Assembly (NCBI GenBank): GCA_016867265.1
Contig: VGJW01000008.1
Span: 458-64,457 of the forward strand
Direction: 5' to 3'
DNA length: 64,000 nucleotides
From: Candidatus Tanganyikabacteria bacterium
GTDB lineage: Bacteria > Cyanobacteriota > Sericytochromatia > S15B-MN24 > VGJW01
The translations under genes and the position numbers were made by a program. Shown here in pieces: positions 1 to 9,961 of this stretch. Within the stretch, counting starts at the first letter, position 1. The number at the start of each line of letters is the position of its first letter. The notes under the pieces are model-generated. The model did no database searches. It had not been told where the DNA came from and saw nothing but the letters and a program-made list of their open reading frames with translations.

Positions 1-60
1 GGCGAACCGGGAGGCGTAGCGGTTACGGGGAAAGCTCGAGCCCCACGCATCAATACCCTG

Positions 61-576
61 CTAAGGCGCAGGCCGCGTCAGCCAGGCATTGGCTCCGTCG
101 AACAGGGCCAGCCACGCTCCCTGCAACAAGACACCCGCACCATGGCCCTTGATCTGCTCGTCAGGCTGGGCCATCAGGGCGAGACCTGCGGCCATGTAGC
201 CCACGTCCAAGGCGGCGTTGACCAGGTACAGGTCGTGAAGCCAAGGCTTGTGACCGGGATCCGCGGGCAAGGCACGGCGCTTCTCGAAGTCCTGCACGGC
301 CCAGAGACCAATGCCCGCGTCGATCACTCCCCAGACGACCTGCTGGGTGGCGAAGGCCCGGGTCCAGGCGTCGGTAGGACGTGCAAGCAGGGCCGCACCC
401 GTACCGATCGACGCCAGACCCCAGCCGGTGGTCAGCGTCATCGCCTGCTGCTGCTGGTTCAACAAGGCCAAATCCGGCAGACCGACGGCGACGCTCGTAA
501 CCTCGGCCGCACGGACGGGGGGGGCGGCCAGCAGCCACGCCCCAAGCGCGACCGGCAACCAACGGACCCGGGACAT
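61..576 (-). CDS. Membrane protein with signal peptide (DUF6992-like)
   Basis: Start taken at MSRVRW, the 51st codon of the ORF; signal-like N-terminus ending in VRA; hydrophobic helices with WGVIDAGIG, VNAALDVGY and QGAWLALFD motifs. Confidence 0.6.
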   Translation of the reverse strand: MSRVRWLPVALGAWLLAAPPVRAAEVTSVAVGLPDLALLNQQQQAMTLTTGWGLASIGTGAALLARPTDAWTRAFATQQVVWGVIDAGIGLWAVQDFEKRRALPADPGHKPWLHDLYLVNAALDVGYMAAGLALMAQPDEQIKGHGAGVLLQGAWLALFDGANAWLTRPAP

Positions 577-593
577 CAGCAACCTCCAGCCTG

Positions 594-1328
594 TCACTGC
601 TGGCCGTCCGAAGGGGGAGCCGCCAGGAAACCGGTTCCACCGGTACGTCCCTTCTTGCCCGTCAGTTCCTTCATCAGGCGAAAGAGCAGGTCGGCCCGCG
701 CCTGGGCTTGGTCGCGCACCTTGCACAGGCGCTCTCGCTCCGCCACCCGCGCCGATCGACGTTCCTGCAGGGCCAACGCCTCGAGCACTTCCGGCAGCGG
801 CTCGCCATCTGGTCCGGGGGGCAATGCGGGCACACGGACCGGTTCGTCTGCCAACTCCTCGGGCGCCATCGCCTCCTCGAAAGCCCGCAGGGCCTCCGTC
901 TGCAAGAGCACGGTCGCCACCTGATGATTCCGCTCGTCGGACACGACCTTGTACATGTATTTGGCGTCCTGAAACAGGCGGCTGGCCGTGGGGTCATCGA
1001 AGAACGCATCGAGGAAGGCGAGGCGCTCCTCGGAGGCCTCGTCGGGCGGGAGGCCATCTCCGGGGAAGACGTTCCCGGTACCCATCTGGGGCTTGGGTGT
1101 CGGCGGCACCACCAGTTGCTGGGTCACAGGTGCCGTGGACTTGGGGCGTGGCGCAGCGGCCGCGGCGGCCGACGGCTTGAAGACGTCCGTACCCGAGCGG
1201 ACAGGCCCCGTGCCGGGTCGCTGGACAACCGGCTGGGGGGTGGGTTCCGGCTGGGGCTTGGGCGTGGCAGCCATGTCCAGCAGGCGCCCGAGCAGGCCCT
1301 TCTTCGGAGATGCGTCGTCCTGTCCCAT
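594..1328 (-). CDS. Hypothetical protein, Pro-rich N-terminus and helical C-terminus
   Basis: 244-aa ORF with GC3-biased codons; repeated GTG(P/N/F) micro-motifs; no recognised family. Confidence 0.65.
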   Translation of the reverse strand: MGQDDASPKKGLLGRLLDMAATPKPQPEPTPQPVVQRPGTGPVRSGTDVFKPSAAAAAAPRPKSTAPVTQQLVVPPTPKPQMGTGNVFPGDGLPPDEASEERLAFLDAFFDDPTASRLFQDAKYMYKVVSDERNHQVATVLLQTEALRAFEEAMAPEELADEPVRVPALPPGPDGEPLPEVLEALALQERRSARVAERERLCKVRDQAQARADLLFRLMKELTGKKGRTGGTGFLAAPPSDGQQ

Positions 1329-1450
1329 AAGCGTTTCCTACCCTGACGACGCTTGCCTCTCCCGCCAAGTTACGGATTGGCGCCCCGCAGGGTAGGGAAA
1401 GAACAGGTCCGCGAACTTGGCGGTCCCCCTTCTTCCGAGGATTCCAGACC

Positions 1451-2833
1451 ATGTCGAGTGTGCCCAGCTTCAGCACCAGCACCGTGTCCATCTCGCCTTC
1501 GGTACAGGCCCGCCCCAAGGTGGAGGGCGGCGGGACGGGCGGCAATGCCGAGGCAAAGCCGGCGGCAGGGCAGCGGGACAACTCGTCCGCAACCAATGCC
1601 AAAACCGAGGACCTCTCGAAGACGGCCAAGCAGGAAACGAATCGCGAGGTCCAGCGCCTGTTGCAGCGGGCCGAGGACAACAAGGCTCGCAACCAGGCCA
1701 CCCCGGCTCAGGATGCAGCGGTTGCCGGTGGCTCCTACACCGTCAAGACGGGTGACACGCTCGGGGCCATCGCCAAGGCCAACAATGTCTCCATGGCCGA
1801 ACTCAAGCAACTCAACCCCGACCTGTTCAAGGACGGCAAGGATGCCAGTGGCAAGCGACGTGTCGCCTCGGGAGGCCTGATCTTCCCCGGGGACGTCATC
1901 AAGCTGCCCGCGAAGCAGGGCCAGAAGCCTGCCGAAAAGCCTCCCGCAACCGGAGGTGGCCAGACGCCCCCGGCCAGCCCGACCCCGCCGGCCGCAGGCG
2001 ATGAGCCGAAGAAGCCCGAGGTTCCCGAAGCACCCAAGGCCAGCCTGCCCGGGGACAAACTGGTGGGCGAGGCACTCAAGAACGGCAGCGTCGCTGGCAA
2101 ATGGACACTGACCGAGCAGAAGCAGGTGCTCGACTCCGTCAAGGCCCGTGTCGACGACCTGATGAGGACGGCGAACGACGATGCCAAGCCGGTCAACGAG
2201 CGCCTGAAGGCGACCAAGGAAGCGATCAAGCTGGCGGACGACATGCTCGGCATTGCCAACCGCAGCGGCAACTATGACTTGGCCGAAGAGCTCAAAGGCG
2301 TCCTCGACAAGGACGCCGCCGGCAAGCTGGCGGACAACCTGAAGGTCAAGGCCGGGGATGCCGACGCCGTCCGCTCGGCCGTCCGCGAGTTGGACCCCGG
2401 CAAGCCCGAACAGTTCAAGGCGCTGGCGGACCAGATCCGCAAGGACCAGCCGGCGCTCGCCGGGATGCTGGACACACTGGCCAACCCTGCCTTGTCCAAG
2501 GATGTGCGCGACGAGCTGATGCAGGCCGTCGAGGATGATCGCAACACGGCCAAGGACCTGCGGGATGCCGTCAAGGAGATCCGCAACCCCGCCGACGCGG
2601 CCGCCGTCGCCAGTATTGCCACGGCGCGTGGCCAGACGGCCTTCGCAGCCAACGTCAAGGCCGCTTCGGAAGCCACGTCCGAGGGCGTCCGCGAGAATCT
2701 GTACAAGGCGATCGGAGGCGGCACCTTCTGGACGTCGGACAAGGGCGCCCTCTCGGAAGCCCGCGACGAAGTCGTGACTGAAGCTGACCAGAAGGCTTTC
2801 GCGACGGTCGCCGCAAACTTGGGTGGCATCTAG
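1451..2833 (+). CDS. LysM peptidoglycan-binding domain protein
   Basis: YTVKTGDTLGAIAKANNVSMAELKQLNP...LIFPGDVIKLP is a LysM domain; followed by a Pro-rich linker and a helical region; no signal peptide; GAGGA upstream. Confidence 0.85.
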   Translation: MSSVPSFSTSTVSISPSVQARPKVEGGGTGGNAEAKPAAGQRDNSSATNAKTEDLSKTAKQETNREVQRLLQRAEDNKARNQATPAQDAAVAGGSYTVKTGDTLGAIAKANNVSMAELKQLNPDLFKDGKDASGKRRVASGGLIFPGDVIKLPAKQGQKPAEKPPATGGGQTPPASPTPPAAGDEPKKPEVPEAPKASLPGDKLVGEALKNGSVAGKWTLTEQKQVLDSVKARVDDLMRTANDDAKPVNERLKATKEAIKLADDMLGIANRSGNYDLAEELKGVLDKDAAGKLADNLKVKAGDADAVRSAVRELDPGKPEQFKALADQIRKDQPALAGMLDTLANPALSKDVRDELMQAVEDDRNTAKDLRDAVKEIRNPADAAAVASIATARGQTAFAANVKAASEATSEGVRENLYKAIGGGTFWTSDKGALSEARDEVVTEADQKAFATVAANLGGI

Positions 2834-2844
2834 CCCGAAAGCCT

Positions 2845-2876
2845 GACGCCCGTCCCGCAAAGGCAGGGCGGGCGTC
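2845..2876. terminator. GC-rich hairpin between convergent genes (probable bidirectional terminator)
   Basis: GACGCCCGTCCCGC-AAAG-GCAGGGCGGGCGTC forms a 14-bp stem with one wobble and one mismatch. Confidence 0.6.
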
Positions 2877-2882
2877 TTGTCT

Positions 2883-3977
2883 TCAGTCCGTCACCCAGGA
2901 CACGCCAGGAGGCAGCCAGGTCCAAGCGGCCGTGGGCGGCACGGGAGCAAAGGCGATCGAAGCCGACCAATCCTTCTCGAAGGTGCCGCGGACGGATCCG
3001 AGCAGATCCGCCTCATCGAGGATCAGGCCCACCTCGCGGTTGTTCTTGATCGAGTTGGTCGTGAGATTGACCGAACCCACGTAGAAGCGGTTGTCCGCGG
3101 AGACCATCTTGGCGTGGATGACGGGTTCGGCGATCCAGCGAGCATCGATGCCCAGTTCCTTGAGGCGGGCGGCAGCCGTTGCGTTACCCGGGATATGTTG
3201 CGGATCGCCCATCAGGACGCGGACCTTGACCCCGGCCTTGGCGCGCTCACCCAGCGCAACAAAGGTTGCCTCGTCGTACATCACCTCGTCGTAGACCTCA
3301 ATGGCCTGCCGCGCGCTACCGATCAGCTCCTGCAAGCGCGACTCGGCGTTGATCGGGCTCACGACCAGCCGGGGCGAACTGGGTGCCCAAGGCTTGTGGG
3401 TCCAGTCGGCATCAAAGAGGGCGTTCATGTCACGCACGTCCTCGGCGCGGGTGTCCACGACGCCAAACTCACGGTTGCGGGTCATGCCCGACTTGGACAT
3501 GTTGGCCGTCAGAATCCACGCCTTGGCCCGGTCGACGATCATGAACTTGCTGTGGGTGAAACGGAACCGGGGATCGCTCCACGCCACCATCACCTTGGTC
3601 CCCGTCAGCTTCTTGAGCGTCTCCTTGTTGATGGGCAGGGGGCTGTTGGGGTTGGACGGGTTGTAGGGAGCCGGATCCAGCATCAGGCGGACGCGAACAC
3701 CCCGCTCGGCCGCGTCGGCAAGCGCCCGGATGATGTCCTCGTTCGAGAGGATATAGACTTGGACATCGATGGTCCGGCGCGCAGACGCGATGGCCTCGAT
3801 CATCGGGGCGACGCCCACCTCGGGCCAAACGAGCAGGCGAGTGTCGCGGGCACGGGCCGCCGCCTCCACGGTGGCCGTGGAGGTTCTGACGGCTGGACCG
3901 AGGGCTCCGCAAGCCGTCAGGGACAGGGCCGCCGCCAGCAGCATGAAGTGACGCGAGGCGCGAATCACGAGGACCAC
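2883..3977 (-). CDS. Phospholipase D superfamily lipoprotein (cardiolipin synthase-like)
   Basis: Two HxK(x4)D motifs (HSKFMIVD, HAKMVSAD) and an LTAC lipobox; the true start may be the GTG at 3968. Confidence 0.85.
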   Translation of the reverse strand: MVLVIRASRHFMLLAAALSLTACGALGPAVRTSTATVEAAARARDTRLLVWPEVGVAPMIEAIASARRTIDVQVYILSNEDIIRALADAAERGVRVRLMLDPAPYNPSNPNSPLPINKETLKKLTGTKVMVAWSDPRFRFTHSKFMIVDRAKAWILTANMSKSGMTRNREFGVVDTRAEDVRDMNALFDADWTHKPWAPSSPRLVVSPINAESRLQELIGSARQAIEVYDEVMYDEATFVALGERAKAGVKVRVLMGDPQHIPGNATAAARLKELGIDARWIAEPVIHAKMVSADNRFYVGSVNLTTNSIKNNREVGLILDEADLLGSVRGTFEKDWSASIAFAPVPPTAAWTWLPPGVSWVTD

Positions 3978-4008
3978 CTTCCGAAAAGTTAAAAACCCAC
4001 CAAAAGGG

Positions 4009-4035
4009 TTATCGTCAGCTCAAGACCTTTTCTTG
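4009..4035 (-). promoter_or_regulatory. Sigma28(FliA)-like promoter
   Basis: Minus strand reads CAAG-N15-GACGATAA upstream of the PLD gene; consensus is TAAA-N15-GCCGATAA. Confidence 0.55.
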
Positions 4036-4040
4036 CTTCC

Positions 4041-4639
4041 TTAAGCTTGCAAGGTGGTCATGATCTTGCGGACATACTGCCGCGTCTCGGCATACGGAGG
4101 AATGCCCCCGTGGGCGCGAACTGCGCCGGGGCCTGCATTGTAAGCGGCAAGCGCCTTGCGAAGGTCCCCGCCGAAAGTGTCGAGCTGCTCCTTGAGGTAA
4201 CGCGCCCCGCCCACCAACTGCTGCCAGGGGTCGCGGAGGTTCGTCACGCCCACGGACCTGGCCGTCGCCGGCATCAACTGCGTCAGGCCACGCGCCCCGA
4301 CGCCGGACCGCGCCCCGGCATTGCCGGCCGACTCAGCCTGCACGAGGGCGCCGAGGACCCTGGGCGAGATACCGACCGTCCGCGCCGCCTTCTCGATCAT
4401 GGGCCACCAGCGCCGGACGGCGGGCGTCAGCGAGGCCGAGGGCCTTGTCGTCACGGCTTGGGCAGCAGGCTTGGTCGGCGGACGGTTGCCGGGCACCGTC
4501 CTCAGGTTCAGGACGTGACCCGGATGGATGACGTGCTTGTTGCGAATCCGGGGATTGGCTCCAGCAATTGTTCCAACGTCATGCCGTGACGGCGGGCCAA
4601 GCTGAAGAGTGTGTCACCCTTGGCGATTCGTACCTGCAT
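4041..4639 (-). pseudogene. LysM + SLT lytic transglycosylase, frameshifted by a 1-nt deletion near 4560
   Basis: MQVRIAKGDTLFSLARRHGMTLEQLL continues in another frame as ANPRIRNKHVIHPGHVLNL, completing LysM; the SLT domain has AESAG, GLTQLMP and AAYNAGPG. Confidence 0.85.
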
Positions 4640-4791
4640 GGGGAGCTCCCGCCTTTGATGCCGGACAAGACCCCCTTCGGGGATTTCACCTCCGGCAAGG
4701 CTTGATTTCACGCACACTAAAAAATCCTTTGGTCCCTGGTTGGCATGACGACCGGGCAGGGTATGGTCAAAGCCATGAGGTCATATGCCTG

Positions 4792-5277
4792 ATGGTCGAT
4801 TGGCTGCACAACGCGCAGGCGTGGCTGGCGCTCGCCGCCGTACTTCTGCTTGCGGAAATCCTGACCACCACGTTCTTCCTGGCCTGCCTGGCCCTGGGGG
4901 CGCTCGCCGCCGCAGGGTCGATTGCGCTGGGCCATGCGGGACAGGAAGCGCTGGTCGCCTTTTCGGTCGCAAGCGTTCTCTCGATGCTGGCCCTGCGCCC
5001 CTTCATGCTCAAGATGCTGCGACCGGCTAGCGAGGTCCGCACGAACGCGGCAGCCATCATCGGCCAGGAAGGCCGCGTCACCGTTGCCATCCGGCCCGAC
5101 ATGGATGAAGGCCGGGTCCAGGTGGGCGGGGAGGACTGGTGGGCGGTTTCGTCGAATGGCGAACCCATCGCGGTGGACTGCCGCATCCTGGTGCTGGCGG
5201 TCGACGGCAGCAAACTGACGGTGCGCCCGTCGGATGACCCCTCGCCCCCACTCGTACCCCCCGGACAAGGAGCTTGA
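4792..5277 (+). CDS. NfeD family protein
   Basis: Three TM segments, then TNAAAIIGQEGRV...GRVQVGGEDWWA OB-fold; lies upstream of an SPFH gene. Confidence 0.85.
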   Translation: MVDWLHNAQAWLALAAVLLLAEILTTTFFLACLALGALAAAGSIALGHAGQEALVAFSVASVLSMLALRPFMLKMLRPASEVRTNAAAIIGQEGRVTVAIRPDMDEGRVQVGGEDWWAVSSNGEPIAVDCRILVLAVDGSKLTVRPSDDPSPPLVPPGQGA

Positions 5278-5280
5278 TTC

Positions 5281-6276
5281 GTGGAAAGCATGTTTCCCCT
5301 GCTGCTGTTGGCACTGATTGCGATTGCACTCATCAGCAAGGCGATCGTCATCGTCAAGCAGAGCGAGGCCATCGTCGTGGAGCGACTGGGCTCCTACCAC
5401 CGCACCCTCTCCTCGGGACCCAACATCATCTGGCCCATCATCGACATCCCCAGGGAAGTGGAGTGGCGTTACAACGTCGAGAACAGCAAGGGCCGCCAAG
5501 CCGTCGTCCAGCAGAAGGTCCTGCGCATCGACCTGCGTGAGACGGTCTTCGACTTTCCCCGGCAGAACGTCATCACCAGGGACAACGTCGTCGTCGACAT
5601 CAGCGCCTTGCTGTACTTCCAGGTGACGGACCCCGTGAAGGTCATCTATGAAATCGCCAACCTGCCCGACGCCATCGAGAAGTTGACGCAGACCTCGTTG
5701 CGCAACGTCATCGGCGAATTGGACCTCGACGAGACGCTGACCAGTCGCGACACGATCAACAGCAAGCTGCGCTCGATCCTCGACCAAGCCACGCACAAGT
5801 GGGGCATCAAGGTCACCCGCGTCGAACTTCAGGACATCACGCCTCCCCTCGAGATCAAGGGGGCGATGGAGAAGCAGATGCGGGCCGAGCGGGATCGCCG
5901 GGCCGCCATCCTGGAGGCCGAAGGCCAGAAGCAGGCGCGCATCCTCGAGTCGGAAGGCATCAAGGATGCCCAGATCAACCAAGCCGAGGGCGACAAGCAG
6001 GCCCGCATCATGTCCGCCGAAGCCGAGGCGCAGGCGCGTCTGCGCGTCGCAGAGGCCGAGGGCCAGGCCATCTTGCGAATTGCCGAGGCCGTGCGCATCG
6101 CGGGCGGTGATCCTACGGCCTACCTGCTGGGAATCCGCTACATCGATGCCTTCCGGGAGATCAACGCCGGCAGCGACACCAAGACCATCTACATGCCCTA
6201 CGAGGCCTCGGCGATGCTGGGTGCGCTGGGTGGACTGACCCAAATGATGGGCAAGGGCGCAAACTCAGACACGTGA
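5281..6276 (+). CDS. SPFH/band 7 stomatin-like protein (QmcA-like)
   Basis: IVERLG, IDLRE, QNVITRDNV and AMEKQMRAERDRRAAILEAEG motifs; AAGGAG RBS. Confidence 0.92.
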   Translation: MESMFPLLLLALIAIALISKAIVIVKQSEAIVVERLGSYHRTLSSGPNIIWPIIDIPREVEWRYNVENSKGRQAVVQQKVLRIDLRETVFDFPRQNVITRDNVVVDISALLYFQVTDPVKVIYEIANLPDAIEKLTQTSLRNVIGELDLDETLTSRDTINSKLRSILDQATHKWGIKVTRVELQDITPPLEIKGAMEKQMRAERDRRAAILEAEGQKQARILESEGIKDAQINQAEGDKQARIMSAEAEAQARLRVAEAEGQAILRIAEAVRIAGGDPTAYLLGIRYIDAFREINAGSDTKTIYMPYEASAMLGALGGLTQMMGKGANSDT

Positions 6277-6335
6277 TGTCTGGCACAGCCGGAGAAACAC
6301 CGCGACAATTTGGAACCACGGGGTAAGGGTAAATT

Positions 6336-7397
6336 ATGTTGCCCGTGAGTCCCATCATCGGCAGGCGCCTGCCTGCGTTCTTGGTGACGCTCCTGCTGGC
6401 CCTCGTGCAACCGGCATGCACGAGGGTGGTGCCTGTAGCGGGCGTGCCTGCGCCTGCCTCCCACACGGGGAGGCTTGAAGGCGAAATCCGTTTCGGAGGC
6501 GCACGGTCGACGCAAGCCTACGGCGTCCGGGATGTCGCCGTCGCCGCCACCGTCTCGATCATCGACATGACGACGAGCGAGACCATCGCCACGACTCTGA
6601 CGGATGCCAGTGCGCGATTCAATTTTGCAGCGGATGTCACGGGCAAGCTTGCCGTCGAGACACCGTACATCCTCGAGGCCATCAAGGGCCTGTCGGCCAA
6701 CAGGCCTGGCGTCGCGGCCGTCCGGGTCAGGACCGTCTTCCTCAAGGCCACCACCGGCTTCTACTCGATGAGCCAGAACGGCATCACCATCACGCCGGGT
6801 ACGACCGCCGCCTCGATCATTGCCAGCTTCGAAGGCATGGACGGACGCTTGCTCATCGACCTGTTCGCCGATGACGGCTTCAACCTCATTCTCTTGGCCA
6901 AGGACGCCATCGGCATGACACAGACCAAGTTCGATCTCGTCGACGGCCTTGCCCGACAGGCCATGAGCGAGGACAGGGATCCCGTCGAGGCCATCATCCG
7001 TGATGCAGGAGTCTACAAGCTCAAGGGCGGCGCGGCCTCGGCCGTCAATGAGCTGCGTCTCCTCGCCATGTCGCCCAACCCCGCCCCCGAAGGCGGCATC
7101 GTGACTCTTCTAGGCACCAAGCTGCAGGAAAACGGCAATCGGACAACCGTCAAATTCGGCACCTTGGTGGCGCCCGTTCTCGAGGCAGTCCCCAACGGTA
7201 TCAAGGTGCGCGTCCCGGCCGGGGCCGTCACGGGCACCTTGTCGGCTGTCAATGCCTCGGGCACTGCCACCATGAGCATCAACATCATCCCACCCGTGGC
7301 CGGGCAGAACACGCCGACAGGTGATGGCAGCCGGTTGCCCGGTGGTCAATTGTCCGGCAACGTGCCGCCCGCGATGGGTGGAGCCTTCGAGCCCTGA
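6336..7397 (+). CDS. Lipoprotein with IPT/TIG domain
   Basis: Signal peptide with Cys (QPAC); IPT/TIG motif MSPNPAPEGGIVTLLGT...VRVPAGAVTG; N-terminal domain homologous to that of the next gene. Confidence 0.75.
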   Translation: MLPVSPIIGRRLPAFLVTLLLALVQPACTRVVPVAGVPAPASHTGRLEGEIRFGGARSTQAYGVRDVAVAATVSIIDMTTSETIATTLTDASARFNFAADVTGKLAVETPYILEAIKGLSANRPGVAAVRVRTVFLKATTGFYSMSQNGITITPGTTAASIIASFEGMDGRLLIDLFADDGFNLILLAKDAIGMTQTKFDLVDGLARQAMSEDRDPVEAIIRDAGVYKLKGGAASAVNELRLLAMSPNPAPEGGIVTLLGTKLQENGNRTTVKFGTLVAPVLEAVPNGIKVRVPAGAVTGTLSAVNASGTATMSINIIPPVAGQNTPTGDGSRLPGGQLSGNVPPAMGGAFEP

Positions 7398-7420
7398 TTC
7401 TGGAAGCAGGAGAATCAATC

Positions 7421-9937
7421 GTGCAAGACCCGACGCAGGCAACTCGCCACCCGGCGAGGTTCTTCAGGTTCGCCGTTGCTGGCGCCCTGGCGCTGGTGCT
7501 GGGTTGCCAGCAGATGGTCCAGCGGGGTGAACCCGCCAGCACCGGGAATCCGGTGACGGCAGGACAGGCTCCGGATGTCCAGGTGGCAGCCATGGCCCCC
7601 AAGCCAGCCCAGCCCGGCCAGCTGACCTCGGCCGAATTCCTCAAGCAGTGGCGGGAACAGAAGATCGGCGACCTCGATGGCAGCGTCGATGTCACGGCTG
7701 AGGTCGGCAGGAAGATCCAGGCCTCGGTGGCCGAGGTCGTGTCCTTCGCGACCATCTCGCTGATTGATGCCGAGAGCAATTCGGCCGCCGCGAGCACCGT
7801 CTCAAATGGCCGGGGCCAATTCACGCTTTCGATGAACGGCTTCATCCCCGATACGGGCCGCGCCTACTATCTGGAAGCTTCCAAGGGCCTGAACGGCCAT
7901 ATGCCGGGCAGCCCGGTCGTGCGGTTCCGCACCCTCGTCCGCTGGAACGGATCGAGCTGGGAATCGCTGTCCGGCAGCACCATCAGCATCAGCTCCCTCA
8001 CGACGGCCGTCTCCATCGCGGCCCAGCTGGCACCATCCACCTTCGACCCGGCGACGCTGATGAACAAGATCAATGCCTCGGTCAAGCCGCCCATCCTGAA
8101 CCGGGCGCCTGCCGCGCCGACGGGTTTCACCGATGCCCAGATTCTTGGGCTGGCCACGGACGTGCTGGCCTTCCTGACGGCCAATATGGACCCCATCGGC
8201 GCCCTGTCGGACGTGGCGCCCGCCATCACCTACCAGAGCACCGACTCGGCACGGCCCGGCCAGACGATCGAAATCCGGGGCAAGGGCTTCAGCCCGACGG
8301 CCACGCAAAACCTCGTGACGTTTGGTGGCAGTTCGCCCGGTGCCATCCTGGCCGGCGGAACCGAGCGCCTGTTCGTCATCGTGCCCGCGGACGCCGCGAC
8401 GGGTTCGCTCGTCGTGACGACGCCCCGGGGAGCGGTCACAGGCATGACGTTCTATGCAGGCCGAGCCAATCCGGTCTTCAAGATTTCGCGGTGGTTCCCG
8501 GCGGCAACCTTCTACCAGCCCGGAGAGGAAGTGACGCTGCTGGGCTTCGGGTTCTCGAACGTCCCGTCGGGCAACACAGTTGTCGTGGGTAACGTCACGA
8601 CGACGCCCTCCACGTGCGACGAGCAATTTCTCGTCTTCAAGGTGCCTGAAGATGCAACGAAGGGACCCATCAGTGTCCGGACCAGCGCGGGCAACAGCAA
8701 TGAGCTCAATATCAAAATCGAGTTCAGACCTGTCATCAAGGACTGGTTTCCGAGGGCTGGTGCCCCGCGAGGGGAACTCCAGATAACCGGCACGAACTTC
8801 GGCAAAGAACGGGGAACTCTGACCATTGGCAATACGGAGGCGAGCATCCTCGCGTGGACAGACACCGAAATATCGGCAGCGGTGGCGAACGGCAGCATTA
8901 CGGGAGACCTGACAGTTACCCGGAAGACTGGTGGGGCGACCAGCCCTGGCCGATTCACGGTGCTGAGCGGCACTATTTCCAGCTGGCAGTCCTCGACGAC
9001 GACAAACCAGTCCCATCAAGGGGGAATCATCGCCCGGAAGGGGAGATTCCTCTACGCGGCTGGAGGGTATTCAAACAGCAACGGATATAACAGCAGTGTC
9101 GAGCGTTGCACCTTGAGCGATGATGGTTCCTTGGGTGGATGGTCTGTCATGAGTGGCGTCAGTCAAGGCTGGACCTGGAATATGTATGGTGGCGAAGGCC
9201 CCAGCAACCAAGCACAAGTGATTGGTAACTATTTTTACGCTTATGCTGGTTATAATCCGGGCGGCTACGGATATAACGCGGTAAATAGAGCCCAGATTCT
9301 TGACAACGGCGACTTTGCCGGCAACTTCTCGCCTTCCGGCATCACGATGTCCCAGAACATCTACTATGTTGGCTATTTCAGGCGCATCCGAAACTATGTC
9401 TATAGCTTTGGCGGCTACTGGAATACGGACATCATACAGTCCGCAGCAATAAATGCCGATGGAAGCCTTCAGCCCTTCCAAAATGTCTCGCGGTTGCCTT
9501 CCGCCATCTATGGTGGCCACTTTGTCACGGCTGGACGGTATATCTATTGCCTTGCCGGCTACAGACCCTGGGACCACGGACACTACGGCTGGATGTATCG
9601 GGCGGAAATCGACCAGAACGGGGCCATCACGAACGGATTCCAGTACTTGTCACGCTCAACACCTTGCAACGTTTACGCAGGAAACACGGCAGTCATCGGT
9701 AACTACATCTACCTTTTCGAAGGCTACGACAACAACTGCACCGGATCTTGGAACCAGGGATACGTCTTCCGGGCGCCCTTGGACGCTAACGACAACCTTG
9801 GAAACTGGCAACAGGTGGGCTCCATGCCTGCAGGGACACACTATCCGAACTACGCTATCGTAGGAAATAAAATTCATATGTGGGGCCACTACGCGAACGC
9901 TCACTACGGAACTATCTTTACAGGCACTATCAACTAA
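7421..9937 (+). CDS. Lipoprotein with three IPT/TIG domains and a C-terminal Kelch-like beta-propeller
   Basis: VLGC lipobox; three IPT repeats (PGQTIEIRGKGF, PGEEVTLLGFGF, PRGELQITGTNF); six blades of the xxNYxYxxGGY type. Confidence 0.85.
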   Translation: MQDPTQATRHPARFFRFAVAGALALVLGCQQMVQRGEPASTGNPVTAGQAPDVQVAAMAPKPAQPGQLTSAEFLKQWREQKIGDLDGSVDVTAEVGRKIQASVAEVVSFATISLIDAESNSAAASTVSNGRGQFTLSMNGFIPDTGRAYYLEASKGLNGHMPGSPVVRFRTLVRWNGSSWESLSGSTISISSLTTAVSIAAQLAPSTFDPATLMNKINASVKPPILNRAPAAPTGFTDAQILGLATDVLAFLTANMDPIGALSDVAPAITYQSTDSARPGQTIEIRGKGFSPTATQNLVTFGGSSPGAILAGGTERLFVIVPADAATGSLVVTTPRGAVTGMTFYAGRANPVFKISRWFPAATFYQPGEEVTLLGFGFSNVPSGNTVVVGNVTTTPSTCDEQFLVFKVPEDATKGPISVRTSAGNSNELNIKIEFRPVIKDWFPRAGAPRGELQITGTNFGKERGTLTIGNTEASILAWTDTEISAAVANGSITGDLTVTRKTGGATSPGRFTVLSGTISSWQSSTTTNQSHQGGIIARKGRFLYAAGGYSNSNGYNSSVERCTLSDDGSLGGWSVMSGVSQGWTWNMYGGEGPSNQAQVIGNYFYAYAGYNPGGYGYNAVNRAQILDNGDFAGNFSPSGITMSQNIYYVGYFRRIRNYVYSFGGYWNTDIIQSAAINADGSLQPFQNVSRLPSAIYGGHFVTAGRYIYCLAGYRPWDHGHYGWMYRAEIDQNGAITNGFQYLSRSTPCNVYAGNTAVIGNYIYLFEGYDNNCTGSWNQGYVFRAPLDANDNLGNWQQVGSMPAGTHYPNYAIVGNKIHMWGHYANAHYGTIFTGTIN

Positions 9938-9961
9938 ACCCCAAGGAAGGCAAGACACCCG

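Noticed and set aside
1366..1450. Sigma28-like promoter for the LysM gene (also checked for the LysM-SLT gene)
   Set aside because: No -35/-10 pair with a 15-nt spacer was found.
8980..9937. Diversity-generating retroelement target (AAC/TAC-rich C-terminus)
   Set aside because: No reverse transcriptase and no near-identical template repeat in the window.
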